A stretch of DNA of 64,000 nt. It comes from Pecten maximus. Its lineage: Eukaryota. The stretch is taken from NCBI RefSeq assembly GCF_902652985.1, contig NC_047015.1:1736001-1800000 (forward strand), written 5' to 3'. Shown piece after piece: positions 14,281-27,849 of this stretch; the first letter of the stretch is position 1, and each line of letters starts with the position of its first letter. The notes beneath the pieces are model-generated. The model made no database searches, was not told the DNA's origin, and was given only the letters and a program-made list of their open reading frames with translations. The position numbers were made by a program, and so were the translations under genes.

Positions 14281-15650
14281 TACAAATCATACCTACAGGT
14301 AAATATTACGTTCCCTCATACAAATTATACCTACAGGTAAAACTATTACGTACCGTCATACAAATCATACCTACAGGTAAAACGATTACGCACCGTCATA
14401 CAAATTATACCTACAGGTAAATATTACGTACCGTCATACAAATCATACCTACAGGTAAAACTATTACGTACAGTCATGCAAATCATACCTACAGGTAAAA
14501 ATACAAATCATACCTACAGGTAAAACTATTACGTACGTCATACAAATTATACCTACAGGTAAAACTATTACGCACCGTCATACAAATCATACCTACAGGT
14601 ATATTACGTACCGTCATACAACTTCTACCTACAGGTAAAACTATTACGTACCGTCAAACAAATTATACATACAGGTATATTACGTACCGTCATACAAATC
14701 ATACCTACAGGTATATTACGTACCGTCATACAAATTATACCTACAGGTAAAACTATTACGTACGTCATACAAATTATACCTACAGGTAAAACTATTACGT
14801 ACCGTCATACAAATTATACCTACAGGTAAAACTATTACGTACCGTCATACAAATCATACCTACAGGTATATTACGTACCGTCATACAAACTATACCTACA
14901 GGTAAAACTATTACGTACCGTCATACAAATTATACCTACAGGTATATTACGTACCGTCATACAAATTATACCTACAGGTAAAACTATTACGTACCGTCAT
15001 ACAAATTATACCTACAGGTAAAACTATTACGTACGTCATACAAATTATACCTACAGGTAAAACTATTACGTACCGTCATACAAATACCTACAGGTAAAAC
15101 TATTACGTACCGTCATACAAATTATACCTACAGGTAAAACTATTACGTACCGTCATACAAATCATACCTACAGGTATATTACGTACTGTCATACAAATTA
15201 TACATACAGGTAAAACTATTACGTACCGTCATACAATTCATACCTACAGGTAAAACTATTACGTACCGTCATACAAATTATACTTACAGGTAAATATTAC
15301 ATACAGTCATACAAATCATACCTACAGATAAAACTATTACGTACCGTCATACAAATCATACCTACAGGTAAAACTATTACGTACCGTCATACAAATCATA
15401 CCTACAGGTAAAACTATTACGTACCGTCATACAAATCATACCTACAGGTAAAACTATTACGTACCGTCATACAAATCATACCTACAGGTAAAACTATTAC
15501 GTACCGTCATACAAATTATACATACAGGTAAAACTATAACGTACCGTCATACAGGTAAAACTATAACGTACCGTCATACAGGTAAAACTATAACGTTCCG
15601 TCATACAAATCCTACCTACAGGTAAAACTATTACGTACCGTCATACAAAT
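14281..15650. repeat. 40-bp minisatellite (TACAAATCATACCTACAGGTAAAACTATTACGTACCGTCA)n
   Basis: About 35 copies with 36-40 bp length variants. Confidence 0.97.
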
Positions 15651-16329
15651 TTTAGCGCATTAGGTAAAGACAAGTACCGTATCAATTCAATTCATTTTAT
15701 TACCTTTGGATTGACAGCCAATCAGTTTTGTATAAACATAATACATAATACTTGATATTGTACAAAATACAAAGGATACAGATAAACATTAATAAACATG
15801 ATATACATATCACATAAGGTACACAATATAGAAATCTATGGTGATATCAGAAACTATTATATTAAGGGAGACAACTGTCACATCATCACACCTGCCATAA
15901 CAAGGGAGGTAAATCTGTTGATTCTGTTGATTCACACTAATCATTGTTATAATAAGTCGTCTTTATCGAAATTCGGCGTTACCATGCTAGCGATACCATA
16001 ACACAGCCTTTCCCATTTCTATTGACTATATCTTTGTTTTTGAAATATGACTTAATTCGTAAAGCGATATCAGTTGTGTTGATTCGATAGCCTGCACTAG
16101 AAGATGGCCGTATAGATATAGACTACATGACAGATATAGTGAAATAGATTCACCTACACGCATGCGTTTTCCAGGATTAATGACATATACAATTTATTCA
16201 AATTACGGGTTAGTGCTATTCGTCTTCGGTTAATATTTATCTAATGTTGATATAAACATGTTTCATCAAAATGCTTTGACAACAGCACAGTGTAGAGTGA
16301 AAAGAGAGGGTACGAATGCGCCTGGTTCG

Positions 16330-17360
16330 TACGACACCCGGGGTGTGTGGGTATAGAGATACTCCTGTATTACGACACCCAGGGTGTGTGGGTATAGAGA
16401 TACTCATGTATTACGACACCCAGGGTGTGTGGGTATAGAGATACTCCTGTATTACGACACCCAGGGTGTGTGGGTATATAGATACTCCTGTATTACGACA
16501 CCCAGGGTGTGTGGGTATAGAGATACTCATGTATTACGACACCCAGGGTGTGTGGGTATCGAGATACTCATGTATTACGACACCCGGGGTGTGTGGGTAT
16601 CGAGATACTCATGTATTACGACACCCGGGGTGTGTGGGTATAGAGATACTCATGTATTACGACACCCGGGGTGTGTGGGTATCGAGATACTCATGTATTA
16701 CGACACCCAGGGTGGTGTGGGTATAGAGATACTCATGTATTACGACACCCAGGGTGGTGTGGGTATCGAGATACTCATGTATTACGACACCCAGGGTGGT
16801 GTGGGTATCGATATACTCATGTATTACGACACCCAGGGTGTGTGGGTATAGAGATACTCATGTATTACGACACCCAGGGTGTGTGGGTATCGAGATACTC
16901 ATGTATTACGACACCCAGGGTGTGTGGGTATCGAGATACTCCTGTATTACGACACCCAGGGTGTGTGGGTATAGAGATACTCATGTATTACGACACCCAG
17001 GGTGTGTGGGTATCGAGATACTCATGTATTACGACACCCAGGGTGTGTGGGTATAGAGATACTCATGTATTACGACACCCGGGGTGTGTGGGTATAGAGA
17101 TACTCATGTATTACGACACCCGGGGTGGTGTGGGTATCGAGATACTCATGTATTACGACACCCGGGGTGTGTGGGTATCGATATACTCATGTATTACGAC
17201 ACCCGGGGTGGTGTGGGTATCGATATACTCATGTATTACGACACCCGGGGTGTGTGGGTATCGAGATACTCATGTATTACGACACCCAGGGTGTGTGGGT
17301 ATCGAGATACTCATGTATTACGACACCCGGGGTGTGTGGGTATCGAGATACTCATGTATT
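16330..17360. repeat. 41-bp minisatellite (TACGACACCCAGGGTGTGTGGGTATAGAGATACTCATGTAT)n
   Basis: About 25 copies; unit contains CACCC-N-GGGTG and GTATC-GA-GATAC dyads. Confidence 0.97.
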
Positions 17361-17520
17361 CACATTCGCTCGACCATTACACGCGCATGTTTGCGAAACA
17401 CTCTCGTTTTACTCTTCACTGTGTTGTAGATAGGGAAGGACGAACCTTTCAGGTCTCAGTTACATTAATTACACTGTTGTAATCAATTCATCAGCATCAT
17501 ATCAAGTGCAATATTATTTA

Positions 17521-18431
17521 CGAGGGCTGATTGATATGTTGTGAGCCTCGTATTGAAGGATTTGAATTTTGTCGGACTCTTTTATAGAATTCCTTTTCTT
17601 GGCTGTCAAGAAAGTCATCCACTGCATATATATGACGTCATCATCGGAATGAAAGTGGGTGCCTGAAATAGCTGTTTTCAGTTTTGGAAATAGATGAAAG
17701 TCTGATGGAGGGAGGTCAGGTGAATAAGGTGGATGTTCAATCAATTTAAAGCCACAATCGTGAATGGCAGCCATGGCAATGACAGACTTGTGAACAGGAG
17801 CATTATCCTGATGAAATAACACACCTTTAGTGAACTTTCTGCAGAACTTAAGTTTAATATTTTCCCGTAACTGCCTCAGAAATGAAGAATAGTATGTGCC
17901 GTTGATTGTTTGTCCATTTTGGAGAAAATCTAGCAGCAAAAAATACCATCTGCACCCCAGAAAACCGAGGCCATAACCTCCCCAGCTGTTGGAACAGTCT
18001 TTACCATCTTTTGCGGGGATAGCCAGGGTGCTTCCATTGTTGCGATTGTTGTTTGGCCTCTGGGGTAAAATGATGGATCCATGTTTCGTCCATAGTGACA
18101 AAGCTATGAAGAAAGTTGGCAGAATCTTCCTCAAAAAGGTTAAGATAAGCAAGCGATAATGTGCGACTGGTGTGCTTCTGATCAACTGTCAGAAGTCTTT
18201 GTAGCCACCGGGCCGTAAGCTTCCTCATTGCAAGATCCTCGGACAGAATGGAATGTACTCTTGCCTGTGTCAGTCATAACAATATCTTGAACTTTATTTA
18301 CCATTTCTGGGGTTGCAATATTGCCAGGCATTGCAGGACGGGGATCATCCTCGAGGCTCTGTCGGCGGCGCTTAACTTCCGACCCCCACCTTTTCACTGT
18401 AGCATAGGAAGGGGCACCTTTGCAAAAGCCA
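17521..18431 (-). mobile_element. Decayed mariner (DD34D) transposon, 5'-truncated; frameshifted transposase
   Basis: TA + TIR CGAGGGCTGATTGATATGTTGTGAGCCTC at 17521. Transposase motifs are spread over frames: APSYATVKRW, W(L)QRLLT, VTMDETWIHHF, FHQDNAPVH, HPPYSPDLPPSDFHLF. The other end is lost at the 47-bp array. Confidence 0.93.
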
Positions 18432-20192
18432 TTGTGGTGGTGTATCAATGTTTGGGGAGGAACGCCTGGTGACTGACACCATGGTGGTGTATCAGTGTTT
18501 GGGGAGGAACGCCTGATGACTGACACCATGGTGGTGTATCAGTGTTTGGGGAGGAACGCCTGGTGACTGACACCATGGTGGTGTATCAGTGTTTGGGAAG
18601 GAACGCCTGATGACTGACACCGTGGTGGTGTATCAGTGTTTGGGGAGGAACGCCTGATGACTGACACCATCGTGGTGTATCAGTGTTTGGGGAGGAACGC
18701 CTGATGACTGACACCATGGTGGTGTATCAGTGTTTGGGGAGGAACGCCTGATGACTGACACCATGGTGGTGTATCAGTGTTTGGGGAGGAACGCCTGATG
18801 ACTGACACCATGGTAGTGTATCAGTGTTTTGGGAGGAACGCCTGATGACTGACACCATGGTAGTGTATCAGTGTTTGGGGAGGAACGCCTGATGACTGAC
18901 ACCGTGGTGGTGTATCAGTGTTTGGGGAGGAACGCCTGATGACTGACACCATGGTGGTGTATCAGTGTTTGGGGAGGAACGCCTGATGACTGACACCGTG
19001 GTGGTGTATCAGTGTTTGGGGAAGGAACGCCTGATGACTGACACCGTGGTGGTGTATCAGTGTTTGGGAAGGAACGCCTGATGACTGACACCATGGTGGT
19101 GTATCAGTGTTTGGGGAGGAACGCCTGATGACTGACACCATGGTGGTGTATCAGTGTTTGGGGAGGAACGCCTGGTGACTGACACCATGGTGGTGTATCA
19201 GTGTTTGGGAAGGAACGCCTGATGACTGACACCATGGTGGTGTATCAGTGTTTGGGAAGGAACGCCTGATGACTGACACCGTGGTGGTGTATCAGTGTTT
19301 GGGGAGGAACGCCTGGTGACTGACACCATGGTGGTGTATCAGTGTTTGGGGAAGGAACGCCTGATGACTGACACCGTGGTGGTGTATCAGTGTTTGGGAG
19401 GACGCCTGATGACTGACACCAGGGTGGTGTATCAGTGTTTGAGGAAGGAACGCCTGATGACTGACACCGTGGTGGTGTATCAGTGTTTGGAGAAGGAACG
19501 CCTGATGACTGACACCGTGGTGGTGTATCAGATGACTGACACCGTGGTGGTGTATCAGTGTTTGGGGAGGAACGCCTGATGACTGACACCATGGTGGTGT
19601 ATCAGTGTTTGGGGAGAAATGCCTGATGACTGACACCATGGTGGTGTATCGGTGTTTGGGGAGGAACGCCTGATGAATGACACCCCATGGTGGTGTATCA
19701 GTGTTTTGGGAGGAACGCCTGATGAATGACACCCCATGGTGGTGTATCAGTGTTTGGGGAGGAACGCCTGATGACTGACACCATGGTGGTGTATCAGTGT
19801 TTGGGGAGGAACGCCTGATGACTGACACCATGGTGGTGTATCAGTGTTTGGGGAGGAACGCCTGATGAATGACACCCCATGGTGGTGTATCAGTGTTTTG
19901 GGAGGAACGCCTGATGAATGACACCCCATGGTGGTGTATCAGTGTTTGGGGAGGAACGCCTGATGACTGACACCATGGTGGTGTATCAGTGTTTGGGGAG
20001 GAACGCCTGATGACTGACACCATGGTGGTGTATCAGTGTTTGGGGAGGAACGCCTGATGACTGACACCATGGTGGTGTATCAGTGTTTGGGGAGGAACGC
20101 CTGATGACTGACACCATCGTGGTGTATCAGTGTTTGAGAAGGAACGCCTGATGACTGACACCATGGTGGTGTATCAGTGTTTTGGGAGGAAC
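18432..20192. repeat. 47-bp minisatellite (GATGACTGACACCATGGTGGTGTATCAGTGTTTGGGGAGGAACGCCT)n
   Basis: About 37 copies; contains the perfect 10-bp palindrome CACCATGGTG. Confidence 0.97.
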
Positions 20193-20790
20193 TATTGTCA
20201 CGTGACTACACTATTGTCACCTCCATCAGATGACATGTGAAGCGTGACTACACTATTGTCACCTCCATCAGATGACATGTGAAGCGTGACTACACTATTG
20301 TCACCTCCATCAGATGACATGTGAAGCGTGACTACACTATTGTCACCTCCATCAGATGACATGTGAAGCGTGACTACACTATTGTCACCTCCATCAGATG
20401 ACATGTGAAGCGTGACTACACTATTGTCACCTCTATCAGATGACATGTGAAGCGTGACTACACTATTGTCACCTCTATCAGATGACATGTGAAGCGTGAC
20501 TACACTATTGTCACCTCCATCAGATGACATGTGAAGCGTGACTACACTATTGTCACCTCCAGCAGATGACATGTGAAGCGTGACTACACTATTGTCACCT
20601 CCATCAGATGACATGTGAAGCGTGACTACACTATTGTCACCTTCATCAGATGACATGTGAAGCGTGACTACACTATTGTCACCTTCATCAGATGACATGT
20701 GAAGCGTGACTACACTATTGTCACCTCCATCAGATGACATGTGAAGCGTGACTACACTATTGTCACCTCCATCAGATGACATGTGAAGCG
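20192..20790. repeat. 42-bp minisatellite (GTGACTACACTATTGTCACCTCCATCAGATGACATGTGAAGC)n
   Basis: About 14 highly homogeneous copies directly abutting the 47-bp array; explains ORF 20198..20863. Confidence 0.97.
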
Positions 20791-21049
20791 TATGTACACG
20801 AATGTTACACTTACACGTTATATACACTGAGATGGTGTTAAATAGATAACGAGTAACAACCATAAATATTTATATTCTAAAAATATGTTTATTATTTCAT
20901 ATGATTATGATCAACATTTTGTAAATATTATATATATTCATCACAAAAGTCAGATTCACTGAACATTCGCGTAACAACTATTCAGAACTCTCACCATTCG
21001 TATAATGGAAGGGGTCCAAGTTTCATCATACATATGTGCCATCAACAGC

Positions 21050-23032
21050 ATAATCCGGTACGTTACGTTCCAAAGACAACCTTATTCCGGAAGTTACGTA
21101 CCACAACATCCTAATCCGGAAGTTACGTCACACAAACAACCTAATCTGTTAGTTACGTGACACAAACAACCTAATCTGGTAGTTACGTACCACAACAGCC
21201 TAAGCTGGTAGTTACGTACCACAACAGCCTAATCTGGTAGTTACGTACCACAAACAACCTAATCTGGTAGTTACGTACCACAAACAACCTAATCTGGTAG
21301 TTACGTAACACAAACAACCTTATCTGGTAGTTTATAGTAACACAAACAACCTAATCTGGTAGTTACGTACCACAAACAACCTAATCTGGTAGTTACGTGA
21401 CACAAACAACCTTATCTGGTAGTTTATAGTAACACAAACAACCTAATCTGGAAGTTACGTACCACAAACAACCTAATCTGGTAGTTACGTGACACAAACA
21501 ACCTAACCTGGTAGTTACGTACCACAGACAACCTAATCTGGTAGTTACGTACCACAAACAACCTAATCTGGTAGTTACGTAACACAAACAACCTAATCTG
21601 GTAGTTACGTACCACAAACAACCTAATCTGGTAGTTACGTAACACAAACAACCTAATCTGGTAGTTACGTACCACAAACAACCTAATCTGGTAGTTACAT
21701 GACATAAACAACATAATCTGGTAGTTACGTGACACAAACAACCTAATCTGGTAGTTACGTGACACAAACAACCTAATCTGGTAGTTACGTAACACAAACA
21801 ACCTAATCTGGTAGTTACGTACCACAAACAACCTAATCTGGTAGTTACGTGACACAAACAACCTAATCTGGTAGTTGCGTACCACAAATAACCTTATCTG
21901 GTAGTTACGTGACACAAACAACCTAATCTGGTAGTTACGTAACACAGACAACCTAATCTGGTAGTTACGTACCACAAACAACCTAATCTGGTAGTTACGT
22001 ACCACAAACAACCTAATCTGGTAGTTACGTGACACAAACAACCTAATCTGGCAGTTACGTACTACAAACAACCTAATCTGGTAGTTACGTGACACACACA
22101 ACCTAATCTGGTAGTTACGTGACACAAACAACCTTATCTGGTAGTTTATAGTAACACAAACAACCTAATCTGGAAGTTACGTACCACAAACAACCTAATC
22201 TGGTAGTTACGTGACACAAACAACCTAACCTGGTAGTTACGTACCACAGACAACCTAATCTGGTAGTTACGTACCACAAACAACCTAATCTGGTAGTTAC
22301 GTAACACAAACAACCTAATCTGGTAGTTACGTACCACAAACAACCTAATCTGGTAGTTACCTGACATAAACAACCTAATCTGGTAGTTACGTGACACAAA
22401 CAACCTAATCTGGTAGTTACGTCACACAAACAACCTAATCTGGTAGTTACGTACCACAGACAACCTAATCTGGTAGTTACGTAACACAAACAACCTAATC
22501 TGGTAGTTACGTACCACAAAGAACCTAATCTGGTAGTTACGTGACACAAACAACCTAATCTGGTAGTTGCGTACCACAAATAACCTTATCTGGTAGTTAC
22601 GTGACACAAACAACCTAATCTGGTAGTTACGTAACACAGACAACCTAATCTGGTAGTTACGTACCACAAACAACCTAATCTGGTAGTTACGTGACACAAA
22701 CAACCTAATCTGGTAGTTACGTACTACAAACAACCTAATCTGGTAGTTACGTGACACACACAACCTAATCTGGTAGTTACGTACCACAGACAACCTAATC
22801 TGGTAGTTACGTGACACAAACAACCTAATCTGGTAGTTATGTACTACAAACAACCTAATATGGTAGTTACGTACCACCAACAACCTAACCTGGTAGTTAC
22901 GTAACACAAACAACCTAATCTGGTAGTTACGTAACACAAACAACCTAATCTGGTAGTTACGTCACACAAACAACCTAATCTGGTAGTTACGTACCACAGA
23001 CAACCTAATCTGGTAGTTACGTCACACAGACA
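21050..23032. repeat. 30-bp minisatellite (AACCTAATCTGGTAGTTACGTACCACAAAC)n with higher-order structure
   Basis: About 65 copies; a variant block recurs at a 722-bp offset. Confidence 0.97.
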
Positions 23033-23146
23033 TCAGAATGGAGATATGTATGTATAGGCCATTTTACAAAAGCACAAACATCTCATTTATCATGATGCTT
23101 TTTATCGTCAGTCAAGTAGTAATAACGACAGTACAGACAAGGAAAT

Positions 23147-23185
23147 TGTCGATTTTTCGAGGCAATCTGCCCCTTTATCAAGACA
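23147..23185 (-). ncRNA. Minimal type-I hammerhead ribozyme-like motif in a solo Penelope pLTR fragment
   Basis: Minus strand reads TGTC-TTGATAA-A-GGGGC-AGATT-GCCTC-GAA-AAAT-C-GACA; flanks ~23115-23215 are homologous to 47540-47640. Confidence 0.6.
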
Positions 23186-23222
23186 CAAGTAAATTACAAC
23201 CGATCACACATATATATTTATA

Positions 23223-24724
23223 TGGTAAACATTTATACAGTCATAGAGAGATGTCTACAGCAATCTGGTAAACATTTATACAGTCATAGAGATGTCTACA
23301 GCAATCTGGTAAACCTTTATAGTCATAGAGATGTCTACAGCAATCTGGTAAACATCTATAGTCATAGAGAGATGTCTACAGCAATCTGGTAAACATCTAT
23401 AGTCATAGAGAGATATCTACAGCAATCTGGTAAACATTTATAGTCATAGAGATGTCTACAGCAATCTGGTAAACATTTATAGTCATAGAGATGTCTACAG
23501 CAATCTGGTAAACATTTATAGTCATAGAGATGTCTACAGCAATCTGGTAAACATCTATAGTCATAGAGAGATGTCTACAGCAATCTGGTAAACATCTATA
23601 CAGTCATAGAGAGATATCTACAGCAATCTGGTAAACATCTATAGTCATAGAGATGTCTACAGCAATCTGTTAAACATCTATAGTCATAGAGATGTCTACA
23701 GCAATCTGGTAAACATTTATAGTCATAGAGATGTCTACAGCAATCTGGTAAACATCTATAGTCATAGAGATGTCTACAGCAATCTGGTAAACATCTATAG
23801 TCATAGAGATGTCTACAGCAATCTGATAAACATCTATAGTCATAGAGATGTCTACAGCAATCTGGTAAACATCTATAGTCATAGAGATGTCTACAGCAAT
23901 CTGGTAAACATCTATAGTCATAGAGAGATGTCTACAGCAATCTGGTAAACATCTATAGTCATAGAGATGTCTACAGCAATCTGGTAAACATTTATAGTCA
24001 TAGAGAGATGTCTACAGCAATCTGGTAAACATCTATAGTCATAGAGAGATGTCTACAGCAATCTGGTAAACCTTTATAGTCATAGAGAGATGTCTAGAGC
24101 AATCTGGTAAACATTTATAGTCATAGAGAGATGTCTACAGCAATCTGGTAAACATTTATAGTCATAGAGAGATGTCTACAGCAATCTGGTAAACATTTAT
24201 AGTCATAGAGAGATGTCTACAGCAATCTGGTAAACATTTATAGTCATAGAGATGTCTACAGCAATCTGGTAAACATCTATAGTCATAGAGATGTCTACAG
24301 CAATCTGGTAAACATTTATAGTCATAGAGATGTCTACAGCAATCTGGTAAACATTTATAGTCATAGAGATGTCTACAGCAATCTGGTAAACATTTATAGT
24401 CATAGAGATGTCTACAGCAATCTGGTAAACATTTATAGTCATAGAGATGTCTACAGCAATCTGGTAAACATTTATAGTCATAGAGAGATGTCTACAGCAA
24501 TCTGGTAAACATCTATAGTCATAGAGATGTCTACAGCAATCTGGTAAACATCTATAGTCATAGAGAGATGTCTACAGCAATCTGGTAAACATTTATAGTC
24601 ATAGAGAGATGTCTAGAGCAATCTGGTAAACATTTATAGTCATAGAGAAATGTCTACAGCAATCTGGTAAACATCTATAGTCATAGAGAGATGTCTACAG
24701 CAATCTGTTAAACATTTATACAGT
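23223..24724. repeat. 39/41-bp minisatellite (GCAATCTGGTAAACATTTATAGTCATAGAGATGTCTACA)n
   Basis: About 37 copies with +/-2 bp (GA) variants. Confidence 0.97.
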
Positions 24725-25304
24725 CGCGGAGTGATTTTGCCAATATGTTTTGATTGAACATTAAAATCATCTTTATTACAAATGATGTTTATGGAATCTG
24801 ATTTATGAGCACCACATATTAAACATTGTTATATAAAGTGTGTCTATGGTAAGAGTGGAGAGAAGATTAGTTAGAATACACATGTTATACTTATATATTG
24901 TGTGTAGTAAATAACATCCACTCAATTCCTCCACTGCTATATAAAACATCCCACATTCATCAGGGTAGCTCCTCAGAGTCACTGTCACCCGGTAACACAC
25001 GGAACACAAAAATATATATCTCAAGAACCGCTCCTCAGCTCAATCTGGGAATCAGAAACAAGTGAATCCAGGAAATCCGTTGATGAACCATTATCTTACA
25101 TGATGATGAAAACGAAGGCTTAAAGACCAGCATTTCCTGATTTGTTAGGGATGTAATGTGTTTTATATTTATCCATACCTTCTGATATATGATTAACACA
25201 GCAGACGGAACTTCATAGGTAAGCGGAGGGCTATTAGTATCTATATAGTTCCTTCCAGGCCACAGGTCGTAGCCAGACATATATCCTCCGAGCGTAATAC
25301 AGTG

Positions 25305-26411
25305 TTATTGGGGTAACGGTGGTGGAGGGGGTGGGGCAGGAATACCGTTAAACAGGGGAGGAGGTGGAGGAACTGAATTGTCCTGTGAAATGATTGTAGG
25401 GGGTGACGGAGAAAAGTTAACTGATCTTGATTGTGAATCGTCATCCTCTGCTAAATTATCTGTCGACTTCTGTCGCTGTTTTAATTCCTTTAGGACGTCG
25501 TTAGAGAACATGGATCTGTGTGCCTTCTGACTCTGTGATTGTGACAAAGGATTGACCGAAGTACTCGGACGTGGAGGAGATTCCGATCTGGACTTTACCG
25601 AAGGCCTCGGTGTGATTCCGTCGAAGGGTGGCGTGATGGGTCTGTCAGGTGAGTCCGGCTCACTGCTTGGGTAGTCTCTATGGAAGGATTGTCGCGGGGA
25701 ACCAGCTGTACTTGGGATGTCCAGAGGTGGTGAAGGTGGTGGGTACGTGTCGTTACCTTTTACGCTTCGTGCGTAAGGATTCTCATCTCGATTTATATTG
25801 TGCGTGTACGGATTCTCATCTGGCTGTCGTGATTGCTGATAAACGTCTGTTTCATCATTTGTTTTTGATTTTCGAAGATCGACGTTCCTAGACCGGGACA
25901 GATCTTGTGGCGGCACCTCTGTTAGTGGACTTGTTCCCCATCCGTCTTCAACAATACCCTGTAGTCTTTCCGACATGGATAAGCCTATGTTCTGTGACGG
26001 AGAACCTATGTCCTGGTCCGGCTCGCCCCAGTCGTCTGTTGGTGGAGGTGTGGCTTTCACCGGTTGTGGTTTAATAACGGTTGCGTATGTATAGTCTTCA
26101 GGCTCTGGGGTAGGGTTTCTTTCGGGTGGTTTGTACCCCTTTGGAACGAAAGATACGTCCCCTGATTTTGGCCCAGCTGCTGGCTGAAATGTTCCGAACT
26201 CAGAACTGGAATCTTTTTCTTCCTTGCGCGCTGGTTCAGCTGGAGGTCGTGAGGATATCCTCAGGTCCTGATAGATTGCCATGGGTGGACTACGGGAACG
26301 GGACCGGGAAGGGGAGCGGGACCTAGTCCTCATAATCACAGGCTCCTCCCTTACTGGTGCCTTTACAGGGGATGACGATCGCTTTTTGTGGACATCACGT
26401 GACTGTCTGAC
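25305..26411 (-). CDS. Uncharacterised single-pass membrane protein, last coding exon (Ser/Pro-rich disordered tail, C-terminal polyproline)
   Basis: Acceptor TTTCTCCAG|GTC at 26412/26411; 369 codons ending ...APPPPPPLPQ*; in phase with the upstream micro-exons; candidate AATAAA at ~24772 (minus strand). Confidence 0.85.
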   Translation of the reverse strand, partial: VRQSRDVHKKRSSSPVKAPVREEPVIMRTRSRSPSRSRSRSPPMAIYQDLRISSRPPAEPARKEEKDSSSEFGTFQPAAGPKSGDVSFVPKGYKPPERNPTPEPEDYTYATVIKPQPVKATPPPTDDWGEPDQDIGSPSQNIGLSMSERLQGIVEDGWGTSPLTEVPPQDLSRSRNVDLRKSKTNDETDVYQQSRQPDENPYTHNINRDENPYARSVKGNDTYPPPSPPLDIPSTAGSPRQSFHRDYPSSEPDSPDRPITPPFDGITPRPSVKSRSESPPRPSTSVNPLSQSQSQKAHRSMFSNDVLKELKQRQKSTDNLAEDDDSQSRSVNFSPSPPTIISQDNSVPPPPPLFNGIPAPPPPPPLPQ

Positions 26412-26805
26412 CTGGAGAAAACACTTGTATCAGTTAATCCACCCAGGGACGATTTACACATACTTCTCATTACTATATGATTGATAATAAATACATTTAT
26501 ACTATTTATGTTAGTCAAAGTACTATCAAAAGTGAAAATTACAAGATATGTAATTACATTGATTTAGACTCAATACCAGAACAAGAAATTTGATCGCAGA
26601 CCAAAAAAATCCTATAGAGCGAAATTAACCAAGGGCTCCCAGCCTTGGCATTTCTCAAAACGCCGTTCATCATTTAAGTTTTGCCTTTTAACTGTCTTTG
26701 GAAGTGATATACATGTGTGTGATGTATATGACACTTATACTCTAGAAAAAGATGAATTCAGTATTTACTTCGCAGACAATACCACAGCAAATTTTATTAA
26801 CTTAC

Positions 26806-26830
26806 CTCTGCCCGATCTTCGTCCATCTCT
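26806..26830 (-). CDS. 25-nt micro-exon of the membrane protein gene (G-EMDEDRAE)
   Basis: TTTCTAG| ... |GTAAG; phase 2->0 links the flanking exons in frame. Confidence 0.75.
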
Positions 26831-27849
26831 CTAGAAACAATAAAAATAATCATAATTTATTATTTTTTTGTAATTTTTGACACGATATTGTGTAAACATT
26901 GAATAAAAACACAGGATCAAATGTAAATATAAGGCATTCTTCTTATTTTTATCGTTACCTGGTGAGTCCGTTATTTAAAATACATGTAACAATGCAGTTT
27001 ACACACTTGTAAACGATCAAAACCAAAAGTATTCCTTATATAGGTAAAAAAAAGAAAGTCTTCTATCACGTGATATTTTAATCATTACAAAGCCGGTATA
27101 TGACGTAATTTGACATTTGACTTTCACATGTTGTAATGTAGTGGTCAATATGAAATATAAATAATCTAAACTTTTCTCTGATAGTCAATTAAAGACAAGT
27201 CAATTCACAATCAATTGAAGGATTCAAAACGTCATTCAAGATTTTAAGTTTTAGAGCACCAATCAAAAGGAAAGAAACTCAAAGACAGGTAAATTTGAGA
27301 GCAGCATTCCAGGTCAAGTAAGTGTCAGAGCAATCAAAGACAAGTATATTTAGAAAGTCAATCAAAGTAGATTTCTTTAGATTGTCAATATTAAGTGATG
27401 TTTAGAGTACGAATCACAGCTTAGTATGTTTCAGAACAAAAATAAAAGTTTAGCATGTTTCGGAACACCAATGGAAGTTTTGTATGAACAAATCAGAGAT
27501 GTTTCTGAAAATCAACAAAGCACAAAAATCCCAAACCGTTAAACTATCTACACACATGCGCTGCCACGAAGAGGGAGACCGCGGAATTATGTTATCATTG
27601 TCTAGTAACACGGATGAGTTTTCTCAAAAAGGCGTCAAGGATATTTCGAAAAAAGTATAAAATTCAAAGAATAAAAGAGGGGAGGGGTTTGAAATGTTAT
27701 ATCATATCAGAGTTTTACTGCAACGTTTTACATTACATGAGCTTGTGTTTTGAGCTTGGTGGCCGTTAAATGCTGAAAATGAAACTATCGCCACGATATA
27801 CGTTTTAACCCACTCCGATAACCAACACAGTGTTAAGCAAACACACTTA

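Noticed and set aside
17514-18228. Functional transposase or SETMAR-like domesticated gene
   Set aside because: Multiple frameshifts and deletions, and no SET domain
18420-18529. 47-bp repeat derived from the mariner transposase N-terminus (ORF 18182..18529 fuses them)
   Set aside because: Comparison with the second mariner copy shows a ~100-bp deletion (GGGGCACC|TTTGCAAAA) followed by truncation; the repeat unit does not align with mariner sequence
3440-24481. Long periodic ORFs (e.g. LLTVLWNV, VECFVDGT, VTLHMSSDGGDNSV) as repeat proteins
   Set aside because: They are open in several frames and strands only because the DNA units lack stops; no splice or start context
7621-24724. CRISPR-like arrays (24-47 bp partly palindromic repeats)
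   Set aside because: Units are head-to-tail with no unique spacers, there are no cas genes, and the context is eukaryotic
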